Positions 10,769-25,070 of a stretch of DNA of 64,000 nucleotides are shown here, in pieces. The stretch spans positions 35,588,001 through 35,652,000 of the forward strand of contig CM060734.1 of NCBI GenBank assembly GCA_030704615.1, read 5' to 3'. Source of the DNA: Takakia lepidozioides (lineage: Eukaryota > Plantae > Bryophyta). How positions within the stretch are numbered: position 1 is the first letter of the stretch; the number at the start of each line of letters is the position of its first letter. The position numbers and the translations under genes are program-made. A model generated the notes under the pieces. The model searched no databases. It saw nothing but the letters and a program-made list of their open reading frames with translations, and was not told the DNA's origin.

Positions 10769-13700
10769 GTCGCTAGCCTCTGCACATCCGCGAATTTGCT
10801 TGCAGCTCAACTGTGTCTCCGGAAGGTGAATGTGGCTGGTCAGATATTCTAGGCTCCTCCATTGCCCTCACAACATTTGCTAAGCTTCTCTTCTAAACCA
10901 AGCGACACTGATCAGCAGCCAATGCAGAATATCATTCAACCCTTACTGCATCATACGAACCCTTGCGGATTCGAGCCCAAGTTCCCCTCAAACCCTAAAA
11001 CCAGTCGCTTCAACAGCACCAATTTGCAAAATATTAAAATAGTTGTAGGAAAGCGACGGAGATATGAGCGAGGCCCTCCGAGTCGGTGCATACTGATCTG
11101 TAGCTGTGGATGCTATAATAGATTGACAACAAATGTGTGCTGGGTTTGTTGTTGCAGTCAAGTCACACTCTGATTTGAACTCGCATTGTCTCTTGTGATC
11201 TCTGCAACCGCCCATCACATGAGACAGTGCAGTGCGCTTGGACTGCACACGAGTGACTGGAGTCTCACGGATGTAGTTTTCAGCCAATAAGTTAATCAGG
11301 AACTATGACTAATGATGACATGACTGTCAAACTTGCCTCCATCAAATGTTGCATCAAATTGCTGCCAGGTGGCCCCTCGTGTTGCAGTAGTGTTCAAGAG
11401 CCTCGAGATCTTCCTTTTGCATCTTCATCAACTTAACTTAGCTGCATGGGTGCCAGCCATTCTTTTAGTGGCGAATAATCGCCAGATTTCGACCTCGCGC
11501 GGGTCTTGGCGACAGGGGTAAAGGGAAATGAGGCTGAAAAATCATCACTTTTCACCAAAAGCTTATCTCTTGGGCCCACCATTCGCTAGAGGGGCAGCCA
11601 CAGGGAGGCACATGGCGCCATATTGAGTGAAGACAGTTTATAGCAGAGGAGCCAGATCCCACCGACCACGTGCAGGACATGACATCGCCGCATTCCGAGT
11701 GCGCAGGAGGATGTGGAGCCAGCTATGTTGCCCATTTTGTAACATATATATATATTTATTTATATGGGTAAGTATAGTATAGTCTGCGTAGATAGACTTT
11801 GTAGTGATATGTTTATAACATGCATATGGGTAGCTTAGTGGTAGAGATCTCCCTTCCTAGCCAATCAACTTGGTGTCCAATTCTTAACACCTCAACGTTT
11901 TTATGATAGCAACCTGGTTTGCATGATAAAGTTCCTAAATATGAAAAAGGTGGCCGTGGAGGAGGGCAAAAGGGTGGCTGCAGAGGAGGATGATAATCAA
12001 AAGGGTGGCAGAGGGTTACAAAAACGGAATGAGAATGTCATTTATTCATTGTTTTTGGGATGAAAGGACACATGTCAGCAAGTTTAGGACCTCTAAAAAA
12101 AAACCTCAAACACAGATCTTCTTCCTTCTTTCATTTTTTTCCTCCCATAAAACACAAAACTAAACATAGTGACATATAATCTTCATTACTGTTTACAAGC
12201 TTTGTGAGCCAAGTTACTTGGTAATTTTATTTGTATTTCCAAGAGCCTTGCAAACGTCGATACTTCTTATCTATGTGCTATGTAGCATTAGGCAAGGTCT
12301 TTTTGGGCCAGGGTTCAAATATGCCACTTAGTGTAGATTGACTAAAATGCAATATAAGCCAATTTAAGGTTTTCTACTTATGAATGGTGGTTTAAATTTT
12401 TTTGGTGGTGTTTGGCATAATTTCTGCCTAGTCTCCAATGATGCCTAAACCCTCCAATTTGCTATGTCAATTTTGGGTTATTCCCCTCAACAAGTCTACT
12501 AGGTTTTAGGTTCATTTGCCCAATACCCATTCAAAATCTCATATTATCGCCAGCCATTTCCACTACGCATTTTGTACAAGCGCCAGACATGCTCCTCTAA
12601 GGTTCTAATGGATGCCACTTGTGCTACAATGTAAATACCTTAAAAGAAACGCTGATGGGTGCATGGCTCAAGGACTGGGTGCGCAGCCTACTTGGCTGCA
12701 AAGGACTTGTTACGCTTGTTTTGTGTGTAAGTTACTCCCACTCACTTCTCTGTGGCCTGGTGGTAAGCCACTCTTGTATTGACCTCTATGGGTTTGGGGC
12801 TGGGTTTGGGGCATGCCTCAATGGCTCAGAAGGGGGTGTATTTCCCCCCTCTGCTGGGGGCTGGTGTGTCTTTGGAAACCAAAAAAGAAAAGAAAAAGAA
12901 AAGAAAAAGAAAAAAAGTATAAGTTCAACCCTAGAACTAACTTAACTTAATTCCAAACAAAAAGTTTTATAACCTAATTTCTAACCTAATTTGGTGAACA
13001 TGTGAACATTTGGTGAAAATGTGAAAGTTTTACGTTTTTTACCAGAGCCTCTGTCCTCTTTTAAATAAAATAAAAATAAACTTAAAACTGAAAAAAAGTG
13101 AAAGGATCAACTTGCACTGCCTTTTTTTTCAATTTTCAAAAGTAGCACGAGCTGCCACCTGTCTACTCTACCCAGCACCCCGTGGAAAAAAGGAGTTGGC
13201 ACCTCTAGAAAGGTCGTTACATGACAGGTGGCATGTTTTAACAGGTCCACTATGGCAGTCATACCCTGGCGACAACCTGTTGTTCATCCTCTGTTTTGGC
13301 GAAAAACTGAAAAAGAAGGCCTTCATTTTCGTTTAGTGAGGTAGGATGGGTACTCAGCCCAAAGAAAAGGGGAGCCTTTTGGCAAAAATTATCCAAGATA
13401 AAACCGCTGACTTGCAGCCTGCAAAAGGAGGAACAATTTTTTCCAAACGCTTTTGGAAAATGGACGTGTGGGTGCCATCATGCCCACTGCAATTGCCCCA
13501 CAAAGTCCAAATATTTTTAGAATTCACCAAATTGCGGGGAAAATCTTATGCCGGAGGCCATTGGCTAGGGACCCACAACAGGAGTGCAGGCTTATGGGCA
13601 GTACATTCTGTTTTTGGGGGGCCACGTTCCACCCCATGACACATGACAAATCACCCCCTCCGTTTCAGCGAGGCCCTGGCCTTCCCAATCAAAGGATCAT

Positions 13701-14148
13701 CATGTGGGGGGCGGTGCCTTTGCCGAGGATCTCGAGGATCTGATGCTTAACCCTTAAGTCGATGCTTAACATGCAGCTCAGATCGGACAGATGGCTAGGC
13801 AATAATTAATTCAAAATCAAGTGCCTAATTAAATTTAGAACTTTTTTGGAAAATGTGCCTAAAACTTGGAAAATGCTCCTAAGACTCACTCGAATCGATT
13901 GCTCTTCATGGTGCGTACAGATGTTCATCAGCCTTATTTTGTGCCACAAGTTTGAGCACCCCCAAACGCACACAAACTGCTTAACTCTGAAAGTAAAACA
14001 AATTCTCATCTTGCCCCCGCCCCCCTTGGTTGTACATAATATAAGAGAGCCAATAAAACAAGCGGAACAAGTCCCTAGTAGCCAAGTAGTCTGTTGAGGT
14101 GGCAGTACACCCTCCTTGACGGAACATGTAGCTAAGTAAGTTAAGCTG

Positions 14149-14985
14149 ATGAAGAGGCTTGCTGTTTGGCTCCCTCAAGGTGTACGGGATCATCTCTCAA
14201 TTCAATCAGATGGGCTTGATCCTACAACACGTGAGGAATTACTGGATCTTTCAAGGCCTCCATCATTTACTGCCCTGTCATTCAAGAGTATGACAGTGTA
14301 TGGTAACCATTACAGGGTTACATCCCCCGGCATGAACACAACAAGTATGGTGTCTTTTGATTGTGGAGTCTCATCTGTTTTCCAGCACCAGCCCATTACC
14401 AACAATTTAGGCAATGACATGGAGGAACCTACAAGATATGTGGGTCTTATAAGGGAGATTTTGCAAATTGACTATGGCCAAACACAGCCTATAGTGTTTT
14501 TGTGTTCGTGGGTACGGGCGAGTCGCGTGGGTCGTCAACCTATGTCAATGAAGCAGGATGATGCTGGCTTCACACTTGTCAATTTTAACCGTATGCTTCC
14601 ACCTTCTGAGCAACCTTTTGTGTTTCCTGGCCAGGTTGATCAAGTGTTATTTTCTGATTGTGTGAAGGAGCCGGGGTGGAAAGTCGTCCTGGAGAAGAGC
14701 CCCCGAGCACGTAGAGTGGTCTGCGACATATCAATTGATAATGATGAGGTGGCGGAAGTGGAAAGATTGTTAGCCTCACAAAGACTAGAGGAGACTGTGG
14801 TTACTGATGGCCCAACATGTAGCCGAGCGGTACCGGTTACTCCAGAGCAGGTGGCCTCCTTGTACCTCCGAGCACCCCGTATACGTGGTGATGATGTTCA
14901 GCCAACCCTTGGACAAGATGAAGTCTGTGATGAAGACAGTAATACATGTAGTGACCCAGACATAGATGAGGATGATGAAGATTAG
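14149..14985 (+). pseudogene. CACTA/En-Spm transposase C-terminal fragment (DUF4216-like)
   Basis: YGNHYRV..DCGV..YVGLIREILQIDY..VFLCSW..DDAGFTLVNF..QPFVFPGQVDQV..W.VVL, then an acidic tail; no N-terminal part or TIRs seen. Confidence 0.8.
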
Positions 14986-15349
14986 ATATGCGCGATTTGT
15001 GCACTCCAGTTATAGACCATGCATGATAGTTTAAGGTGGTAACACTCCCTTCGCATTCCCATTAAGATATCATGCTTGGACACTGGATTTTATGATCAAT
15101 TATGGAGTGCTTTCCTTTCAGCACCCTTTATTCATTTGTCGTTGCAATTGGCTTTGGACCAACCCGTGCTGGTACCATTGCCATGGGTTCTGCCTGCAAT
15201 GTTTTCTTGCCACGGATTCGGCACACGCCATGAAAGGCCATCCAGACCATCCTCTGGAAATGCTCCAATGTTGTTTCAAACATATAGCTATATATACTGA
15301 TGTGTGGTGCTCCTCCTTCCTTAACATATATCAGGTACACTGAATGTAG

Positions 15350-16025
15350 AGTCTTCACCTTGAAATTAACTTGGCTGACATCAATTTTCGGTTTGAACTC
15401 CCACGAAGTATGCGCATCCATCAACTCTTTCATGTTTCATTATTGGAGTTGTATCATCCATTGAATATTCCAGGGGAGTATGTTTTGTCGAAGAAACCAC
15501 ACATGATCTCCGACCTTGAACTGGGGTTGGAATTGACGATGTTGATCTGCATACTCCTTGTATTGTTTTTGAGCTTCTGCGAGGTGAAATATAAGCTCCT
15601 TGTGAATCATAACAAGATGATTATGAAGGTTTTTTGCAGCATGGCTTCCAACAGTCTTCATGTGGAAAGAGTTTGCTTGAAGATGATGACCATAATTGGA
15701 GAAAAATGGAGTTTGTTTGGTCGAAGAATGTATAGTGATGTTGTAGGCAAACTTAGCCAATGACAGAAGGTCCGTCCAATTATCTTGGTGATAATTTATC
15801 GTACAGCGAAGATACTGCTCCAAAATCTGGTTTGCGCGTTCGGTTTGACCATCAGTCTGTGGATGATTAGTTGTAGAGAGGTTGACCTTAGTATCCAATA
15901 TGTGAAATAATCCCCTCCAGAAATTTGATATGAACTGTGGTCCTCGATCAGATACGATGTCATTCGGGAGTCCATGAATACGGTAGATATTATTGAGGAA
16001 GAGTCTTGCAGTTTTCTCGTCGGTA
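15350..16025 (-). pseudogene. Gypsy integrase fragment with its distal piece inverted
   Basis: Minus strand SDRGPQF..HPQTDGQTER..FAYN..FKVGDHVW (15480-16025); the downstream motif FELP..IH..FHVSLL is on the plus strand (15371-15478). Confidence 0.85.
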
Positions 16026-17171
16026 AAACATCATTTTAAGTAAATATGGACAAAAGGATGAAATCTGGACATTTGTTAAATATTTGTAAATAATTAATAA
16101 ATATGGAAAAAATTATATTCAGTATTAACAATGCATTAAAGCTTACAATTTTGGATTTTCCCGGATTGGTCCGAAAAGTAGCATCGTCCTTTGCAAAATA
16201 AATGACAAGCAAGACACCTATGTTGAATTTGAGGAAAATCTGATCGCTTGTGAGTATATTCACGGAGGGGAGATCTCCCGTGTACTCGATAGGTAGTTTC
16301 TCGCATCTTACGCGAAACGAATCATTTGATTACTAGTAACTACATATCAATGGTGAGAAGATGAGATGAGCTTTCCCGTGAAAACGTAACAAATGCATGT
16401 CAATATCATATAGGAAACAAAATAAGAGCTTTAAAACCACAATGGGTCGTGATTCAAATTGGTAGAAACATTGGAATAATGTTTTTGAATTATTGAAACT
16501 TAAGAGATAGAAAAATCTTTGTCACATTGAGGACAAGAAATAACAAACGAAATGCATTGAACCGACAGATACAAGGTCATATATCATGTCAAATACAATT
16601 TCAAGTACAATGTCAGCTTGCTACAGGTGCTTTGAGACCTCCCCCCACCAGGGGAGATCTCTCGTGCTCAATACGAGAAGCGTCGAGCTGTCAAATCAAA
16701 AGAAAATAAGATCTAGAAACATTCACATGATCTGGTCATCCAAAAATTAAAACTGTAAGGTAAGACAATAGTTATTTGTCACCCTCCAAATACAAATAAA
16801 AATCCAGGAAATGCCGAACAGACGTCGAGACATAGAAGGGGAGACCTCCCGTGCTACAACTGAAATCAATAGCACAATCGCGAGAATACAATTTAGAATG
16901 TCGGCGTCATAAGGCGCCACCGTTAAAATCGGAGTAGTGAACGACATTCCGCAAGGGAAGATATGAAGGTTTTGGACCAGACAAAATCCTCATCATCTTC
17001 ATAAAATGAAAATATTTGCAAATCCTTACTATATTCGACAATGAGCTCTAAGAAAAATATAATAATCATGATCGGAAATAGTCATGTCATTGTAACATAT
17101 GACATAGTGGTCGGGAGAAAACCATCAACCACCATGGGAAATCGGCAATCCGACATACGAAATGCGTGGAG

Positions 17172-18730
17172 CTGACATACTTTAGACATAACATGCCCAA
17201 AGCATGCGCCCTCAAAAACTAATTGTGTTTGCAGAAGGTCACACGACACAATGGATCTAAGAGCAGCTGCCATGGTACTCAAATTTCCTCCTTCATCCCT
17301 AACAAAAGCAATTATGCGTCGTGTCAAGCCGAAAGTATCGAGAAGAGATTGCAGCTGTATTGCCATCGCTGCACCTGAGGTATCAGATACCTCAAATAAT
17401 CACACTCTCACATGCATTGGAATCCACTTGTCATTGAGGAAGTTGATGACTAGAGCAAATGTGTCTATCCTACCTCTACTCATCCATGAGTCGAAGCTGG
17501 CAGAGCCGATCACACAAGTATTCAAAGAAGACAACACATAATTCTCCATTGTCTTCATAACCATGGATGGCAAAACTTCGTCGACGAGAGCCTTGCGGGA
17601 AGGAAAGACAACTCAGGGGCTTTGCCTCAAAACCATCTTCCTGAGCCATATGTTTTCCACTGTAGACAAAGGTTTGTAACCCTTAGCAATGTAAAGCACG
17701 AGGTCCTCAAGAAACTTCACTTGCTGCTGGTCTGTTTTTTTGTAAGGAGTAGTTGAACCGAAAAATGAAGTGATGGCACAACCTATAGGCAATGAGCATT
17801 TCTTTCTTGCTTGGCGATTTTGCTCGTCCATTGCTCTACTGACATATGCTTTCATTGTGGAAAATAAATGAGGATGAGCCATGTGCACATGCTTGCCCAT
17901 AGCTGTGATTCCATTGTCTTTATTGTATTTCACCAAGCCTTTTCTAGCAACACTATGTTGGCCAATAATGTTGGTAGTTGTAGATTGAGAGCGACAAATA
18001 ATGCATCGCAAACATTTGTGGGTTGACAGTATCGACATGAAGTGAATCGTTCAGAGCAAAAAATGACCAACAAACTGAACTACGGTTGTAGGGTTTCCAG
18101 AAATCAGCTTGTCTTTGCAGAACTTGCAACTATTGCAACTCTGCTGCTGGATTTGTTTGGTGGGCAATATCGATAGCTGCAATGCCTCCTCCATCTTTTG
18201 AAGTTCCACACTCTGAGGCAATCACAGCGAGAGTATCCGATTTTGACTGTCCACCATGTACACCAGCGACAAACACACAACTATCTTGCTGAGCCATGAC
18301 AAGAGAAACTTGCAAAAACCAAACTCACATGAGAGATTGTCAAATGAAACAACATGTTTGCCATTGCACAAAACACAAACAAACAACGTTAATGAAGAGA
18401 TAAGAATTGATTGAAGACATGTCAATGACGGCGTGACAGAGCATGGAGACATTCTCGCATGGCGGCGAAATCAAATCAGTTGAAAGCATTTCCTTTGGAC
18501 CTGCACCTATACTATCTAGAACCGCCTGTACGCCATCCATCTTTGCTCCGGATCTCGCTCCAGGTATAACACCCCCCCCAATCTCGATGTTGATTGTCTA
18601 GCCGGTTAGTAAGCTCGATGACATTCCATAACCGGGTCCCTGCGGGCTGCACTTTCCGGTTATGCATATGTTCTAACCGGCCAATAACCGCCGGGTATGC
18701 ATGTCCAGATGCCATACCCGGCCAACACTA
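17172..18730 (-). mobile_element. 3'-truncated hAT transposon with BED-finger transposase pseudogene
   Basis: Terminus TAGTGTTG at 18730 with subterminal CCGG repeats; W.FF..CIIC..H..HP BED finger; SFDSW, RDEGGN and CFGH motifs; breaks off at ~17172. Confidence 0.85.
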
Positions 18731-20904
18731 GTTCACATGGTGAGAAGGCTTGACAATTAGATACAATTTGTACAGCGATGAAATATCGCGAAAAAACAGG
18801 ACGCTGCATCGGGACAGTGGCGAGTCAAGACAGCTTCAAGATGAAGCAGGGACTTCCTAGCGATGTAGGATAAGATGGAGATGACTCCGGAAGATCTGTG
18901 ACCCGCTACCACGCAGCAGGCCGCCGTTTTTTTCTGCCGTACTCTGTTGCGGGCCTCGCGGCAGCTGGCCGCGATGGTGGCGCCAAATACCCCACAAAAA
19001 AACACTCCAGGGGGGTTGACCTTAGTAGACCCTACCCCCTTATGGCGCCTAAGATCACCCCACTTATAGATTGGATGGCTGCCCCTTTTGGGCTGCCCCT
19101 TATTCTTAGCTAGTGCTCTTTTTAGTGGGTTTAGTGACTCCACAGGGGCCTATGACCCTGTGGGGGGTTACTCCACTAGCCTCAAAGCTTTAAAACATGA
19201 AAAAATTGGCATAACTTCGCCATATGAGGGAAAATCTCCTCTCCTTAGTACTTAAGAACCAAACACATAAACACTAGCTCTTTCTAAAGATCAGGGGGTC
19301 AGTCTCTCTCCTCATTCCATACACAAGTTAGTCCTTTCCTAGGCTAACTTGGACTTCTCTACAACATCACAGGACTGGACAAATGCCAAAATCAACACAC
19401 CAAGTGAGAATATAGTTTTTTTGATACTCATATGAACTTGATCCCTGCGATCATAACATGCAATAGTTCCACAAGATAAATTTCAAAGGTAGAGGGTTCA
19501 CCCCGAGGTCGTGTGGTGGTATGCTTGGATGCTCTAACGTCCTAGTGAAGTCTTGCGGCCCCTTTGGCACTCGTCAAGCAAGCTCGCTCCCTGGCCCTCC
19601 TACTCATCACCAAGTCATTCAAACCCACTACGCCGGCGTGCAACAAGCTCTCCTTGATAAATCGACATGAAACAAAGGGCACTATGGCCAACAATGAGCC
19701 TAAGGTCTCTCCCTTAGCTCCAAAACTACTCCCTATACTAGAGAGCTTCGACCCTCTAGGACCTAGGCTCCCTCAAGCCATACTACAAAGCTAGAACCAA
19801 AGCAAGCAAGAGACAAACAACAAATGAAGAACTAGGTGGTGAAACAAGGGGGCTTGGCCTTCCTTATACCGTTTTTTATCCTAAAAAACTAATGGAAAAT
19901 AACGTTAAACTACTATAACTAGAGGGAGCTATAGTTTAAAAATAATAGAATGAAATAAACTAAACTGTTGGCTGGAAAACCTTAGAAGCAAATGATAAAT
20001 GTTTCTTCATTCATCCCATGGATGACTAGTTGGCGCTAGTTGTCACTTTTCATCCGCAGAAGAGTTGATATTCCGCAAGAATCATGCCCTCCAGGGGTCT
20101 CATGAAAACAAGGTTGGTGGCCACGGACCGAAGTGTTTAGAACAAGGTTGGTGGCAGTTTCTCTTGGGATTTTCAGTTACATGTATACCGGGAAGAGCTC
20201 CGGCGCAAACAGTTTATAGAACCAAAACTTCCACACACAGTTCCATCTCTATACCTTTGGCCTCTATCCCAGGAGGGTGGAGGCCGTCTAGGCCATGACT
20301 TGCAACGATCTGCGTCCCGGAATTCCCAATCGGGAACGCATTTGAGCTCCACTCTGACCCTTCATACTTCATACTCTGCCCCGCTCGCTCAGGAGCTCGC
20401 GGCCATCGCTCTGCTCTCCTATCTGCACACCTGGATGACGAATGGATGAAACTTTCTTGCTCATGGACGCCATGCTCTGTATAGCTCTCATCCTTCCTTT
20501 GATCGATGAATAATAACCGCGACTCAGGCTAGCTCACAACGCATCCATCCAATCAAGGAGTATATTCAGTCTGTAGATGAAATTCCGATGCCCAGAGTTG
20601 GGCCCGGGCCACTCGAGTCAATTGCTGAACCCAATCTAATACATCAAATACAAAATTTTCTTATACATATTTTCGACTACCTATTGAATTTTGGATGGAG
20701 AATTACTCCAGTCAGAATGTACTGTCAGACTCTGAATACATCCATTTTTCTGAAATTTCCCAGATTTACCCTGATTCTGGTGATTCTGGATTATCTATTA
20801 AAAAGAAAAAAACAATTCCCAAAACATACCTAAGTGAACCCATGAACTGTTTGGAGATGTGGCACACTTGAACTAGAACCTTACCGATCTCTATCCAAAA
20901 TCAT

Positions 20905-23586
20905 AGAGGCTCTCCACTTAGCCCAACTTTCAGATCAACCTCTTGCATTGCTAATGCTTGACTTTGAAAAAGCCTTCGACAATGCTCTTCTGCTGGGGGT
21001 TCTTCAGAAGCTAGGATTTGCTGGAAATTTCTTGGCTTGGATGAAAATTCTGCTTTACTCGGCTGCAAGTAAAGTTCGGGTGAATGGGGTCCTGTCCAGT
21101 TCTCTTCAACTGCACCGGTCGGTAAAGGCAGGGGTGCCATCTATCTCACTTCTTGTTCTTGCTCGCTGCCGACGCCCTTGGTCATTTGCTGGCTTCTAAC
21201 CACACCTTGCAAGGGCTAAAAATTCCAAGATCCCTCCCCTATCCTTGTTCGGTTAAGACGTCCTTGTACGCTGATGACACTGTCTTATTTGTAGACAACT
21301 CTACGCCAGCTAATCATGTCTCAGCCACTCTGATGGCATTGAAGACTTTTTGCTGGGCCTCGGGTTTAAGGATCAACTGGTCCAAGACAGCGGCTATTGT
21401 GTCCAAGTTGTCCAGCCATGCGGTGGCCTCTCATGTTCCGCCTTGGGGGGCTGATTTGGGTCTCCACTAGCTTCAAAACGGGGAGGCCCATAACCTTCTT
21501 GGGCATGTAGTGGGTCATGATATCATTGATCATTTACAGCGGCTCTTGCTAAGATTAGAAGGAAAATGGGTCACTGGAGTTCTCTTTATTTATCAATAGC
21601 TGATCGTGCTCTTGTTGCAGACCAGGTGATCCAGTCATCCTCCTGGTTTACCTCGGTTGTCTGGTCTCCTAGTTCAAAGATTATTTCTCAGTTTAAATCC
21701 ATGACTAGAAATTTCATTTGGGGGGCTACCCCGGCCATGCCAAACAGAAGAGCCTTGGTGAGTTGGGCCCAGATCACTAAAAAAAAAGAAAAACGGTGGA
21801 CTGGGGGTTTTGGACCCCTTATCCCAAATTCTTTCCTTGTTGGCCAAATGGGTGCCTAGGGTGCTAACTCATCTCTCCTCGCCTTGGAGCCTCATTGTCA
21901 GATGCCACATTCTAGACTCTAGTCCAGTCTCTGATTCTTGGCCTGAGTCTTTAAGGTGGATAGTGCAAAGCAACCGCTCGTCCCGAGCCTCCTCCTTTGG
22001 TTCAAAGACATGGCAGTCCATTTGGGCTGCATGGCTTAGAATGAGACCGAATCTGTTCCAATCAACCCCCAAGCTGAAGGAAGAAGCTCTTCATCAACCT
22101 TTTGGGAACCTCAATGCAGACTCGGACTCCCTCATTCTCTGTTCTAAGAAATGGGCTGGTTGGGAGCAGGCAGGGATCACCAGTTTCTTCCACTTATGGG
22201 AAAAAAAGAATTTCTTTTCCAAAGATATGGTTATCCAAAATCTCTTGGTGGAAAGCAGCGAGTTGGGATCAAATCATCAATGAAATTCCAGATTTGTGGA
22301 TCTCCCTATGTTCTTTTCCTGCTCATGTAAGATCTCTGCCAGCTGGGCTAGGGGGGGCCATTTAGAACGGTTCAAAATTCGCATTCTATGCCACCATGCG
22401 AATCGGGTGCCAGGTCTCTGGCTGGAAATTCTCGGTTCATCACGATGGTACCCTGGTTACGCCAATTTGGTCTCATGATTTGGAAACCGGCATGTATGCG
22501 ATCAGGGTCTTTTGCAAAGATGTTGGGAAATGCGATCCGATCCCACTATTAATATTCAGCATTATTTTGGAACCTTCAACTGGTTCTTATCTGCTCCCTT
22601 ACAATTGCTACAATTTGACCAAGCGGAATGGAACTGGATGACTTAAAAGCATGATTCATTCCTGGGCTACAAAGTCAAGCTAGGCTACTCCATGTTAAGG
22701 CCGCCTGTCTCCTTTGTGGCTAAATGGAACGCGAAGTGGGGACATCTTCCCAGTCTGCCACATAACGGGCAATCAGTTTGGAAGGATGTTTGGATGAAGG
22801 ATCAAGCGGCGAAACTTGCTGGGTTCCTATGGAAGATAGTTAACCGTATTCTGCCTGTTCTTCAATTCATTCCATATACTACTGATTACTGTCGTGTATG
22901 CAATCTAGGACAGTCTGAATCGCTGGAACGTTGCCTGGTAGAGTGCCCCAGCTTCGCTTCCTTTGTCTGGAATCGTATACGGATGTTTTACCAGGCTTGG
23001 AACCCAGGTGTTCCCTCATTTTGGGGGGGCAGCAACCTTGTGTGAAGAAATTGCTTTATTGGGTTCACTCATACTTATTGTCTAAGGCACGGAAGGCTTG
23101 GAATGTTTTGTGTGCAGCTACTTCTCGATGTGCGCAAGGAAGGAGACAACAACTATTCTCTAGCTTTGATAACACCTGGGGACAAGGGAACTTCATCTGT
23201 ACAAGAACATCGGACTCATCGATTGTCAGGCACGACAGCAGCCCGACATGTTGGAAGCTTGACTAGCACCCAACAATCAATGGAGCAGGAAGAGTCCGAC
23301 GTGAACTGGAGGCACAAAAGAACCTCTAGAAAGGGCAAATCTGAAGCCCACCTCTCATTCGAATCCTCTAGACGCAGAATCAATGACCCTATTTAGTCTT
23401 GTCTCGCTGCTAAGGAACCTACTTATCCTTAGCTTCTTGCAGCCTCACATAGTTTGGTTGTGGGCCAGTGACTCCTTTTTCATCCTTATGGTTGTTTTCC
23501 TGAGGTTATTTTTTCCTCAGTCTCTGTTAATAAATTTCTCCAGGGCCTCAGCCCCTGTTTCCACCAAAAAATAAAATAAAAAATAA
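20905..23586 (+). mobile_element. 5'-truncated L1-clade LINE (degenerate RT and C-terminal Zn finger), inserted in the flank of gene copy B
   Basis: LDFEKAFD, LYADDT, SGLRINWSKT, FLWK..CRVC..C; A-rich tail; TSD AAAATCAT at 20897-20904 and 23587-23594. Confidence 0.9.
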
Positions 23587-23594
23587 AAAATCAT

Positions 23595-25070
23595 TATCTA
23601 TTATTAAGTACAATTAGGACATAAAATAGTAGGTCACTCTAAATAGCAGTGTGAAAAGGGGTTCATGTGGCAAAGATATTTGTTGAGAGAGAGGAGGAGG
23701 GCTGTCGGCAAGACAGGCAGGGTGTGCGGGTAGTTGGCGCCTCCGATGGAGGACTTTTGTAGACAGAAGTGAATGTTTGCATTCCTCAGGCAATCTCTTA
23801 CGTACACAAGGTCTTGCAGCACCTCGTGATCTCTCTTATCGCTACAGATTCATCCTGACTCTGATCTGCTCAGTGTTTGCATTCCTGAAATTGAAACCCT
23901 GTATTCATGTTGAAGGGCAAGAAGTCTTGCTACATATTACCTATACCCCTCCTGTACCTGACATTCGCAGTCAAGGGCATCTCTGATACCAGGATAGCTG
24001 ATACAAAGCTGCACCATTTCGGTAGCATGCATACTGTGTGCATAGACATGGAATTTAAGAATAATTCAAATTCATGAGTAAGTGAAGTTGTCTAAGGGTA
24101 ATGATTCCCACATAGACATGAGAGGGAGAGACGACATATGACTGAGCTACAGAGTACACTCTGCATTACTACTGCGCATGCATCCTCTTCAAATTATTGT
24201 CGATGGCCTAGCCTTATTGTATAGCTTACTGCAGGGAGTGATTAGCCCCAGCTGGTCTTAGAACGGCAAACTTGTCCATGCCATTTTAACTTGTCAACCT
24301 GCCGCATGGGGCGCAGGCTACTCGATGCCACTGGGTCGCAGGTGGAAGGTGGCCAAGCACAGCGGGGGCAGCATCCATGGGAAGTTGTTCTGTGGAAGCA
24401 GTAGCAGACAACTGATCTGCATCTAGTCCCTCCTCCATGAAGCAGTTCTCGTTCGTGAATATGAAGATGCTGAACTTGCATATATAGCAGATTGTTAGAT
24501 TGACGCAGCTTGCATAGCATGCATAGACATAAGAGCAAGATGATGAGTAAGCTATTCGAACGATGTACATAAGCAGAACAGTGCTCAATGACAACCTGAT
24601 CTGGGACCATAATAGTACCTGATAGATACACTCTCAACGTGGATAGGTTGAGGATGTCGGTTGCAGCTGTAAATGCATGCGCAAACAAGTGTTAGTGGCA
24701 GTAAATAAGTCGTGGTGATTTGCACTAGCATTAGCTCTCCGACCTAGGTACCTAGTTCTGTGAAACTTGAGAAGACATTACATGATACCTCTACAGTTGA
24801 TCTCGAAGCATTTTTCCCCCTAGCACAATAGATCTTACTCCTCGATCGACCAGGCACCAATCTTACAGGGGCTTACGGGGAAGCACTTACATGCACGTGT
24901 TGCCGCATCCGCAGCGGCGGCAGCAGTATCCGTGAGCGCAAGACATGCTGCTTCTGGAGGTTTGAATGGAGGGGAAAAGATGTCGAAAAGCACGAAACGC
25001 TGATGACAAATGACAAAGCAAGCACAGATCAATGTAGTGAGAGATGATTGCGAGCTTGCTCGCTTTTATA
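23595..25070 (-). pseudogene. Cys-rich multi-exon gene, copy B
   Basis: TATA 25064-25070; exon 24946-24891 (MSCAHGYCCRRCGCGNTC); 48-nt exon 24666-24619 (ICNRHPQPIHVESVSIR); further exon ~24480-24300; 3' part partly deleted. Confidence 0.65.

Noticed and set aside
11828-11900. tRNA/SINE head (GGGTAGCTTAGTGGTAGAG); similar weak cases near 25950-26010 and 31310-31580
   Set aside because: Only partial A/B-box similarity; no TSDs or boundaries could be defined.
18760-20560. Possible solo LTR or unclassified repeat
   Set aside because: No second copy, TG..CA pair or TSD identifiable in the window.
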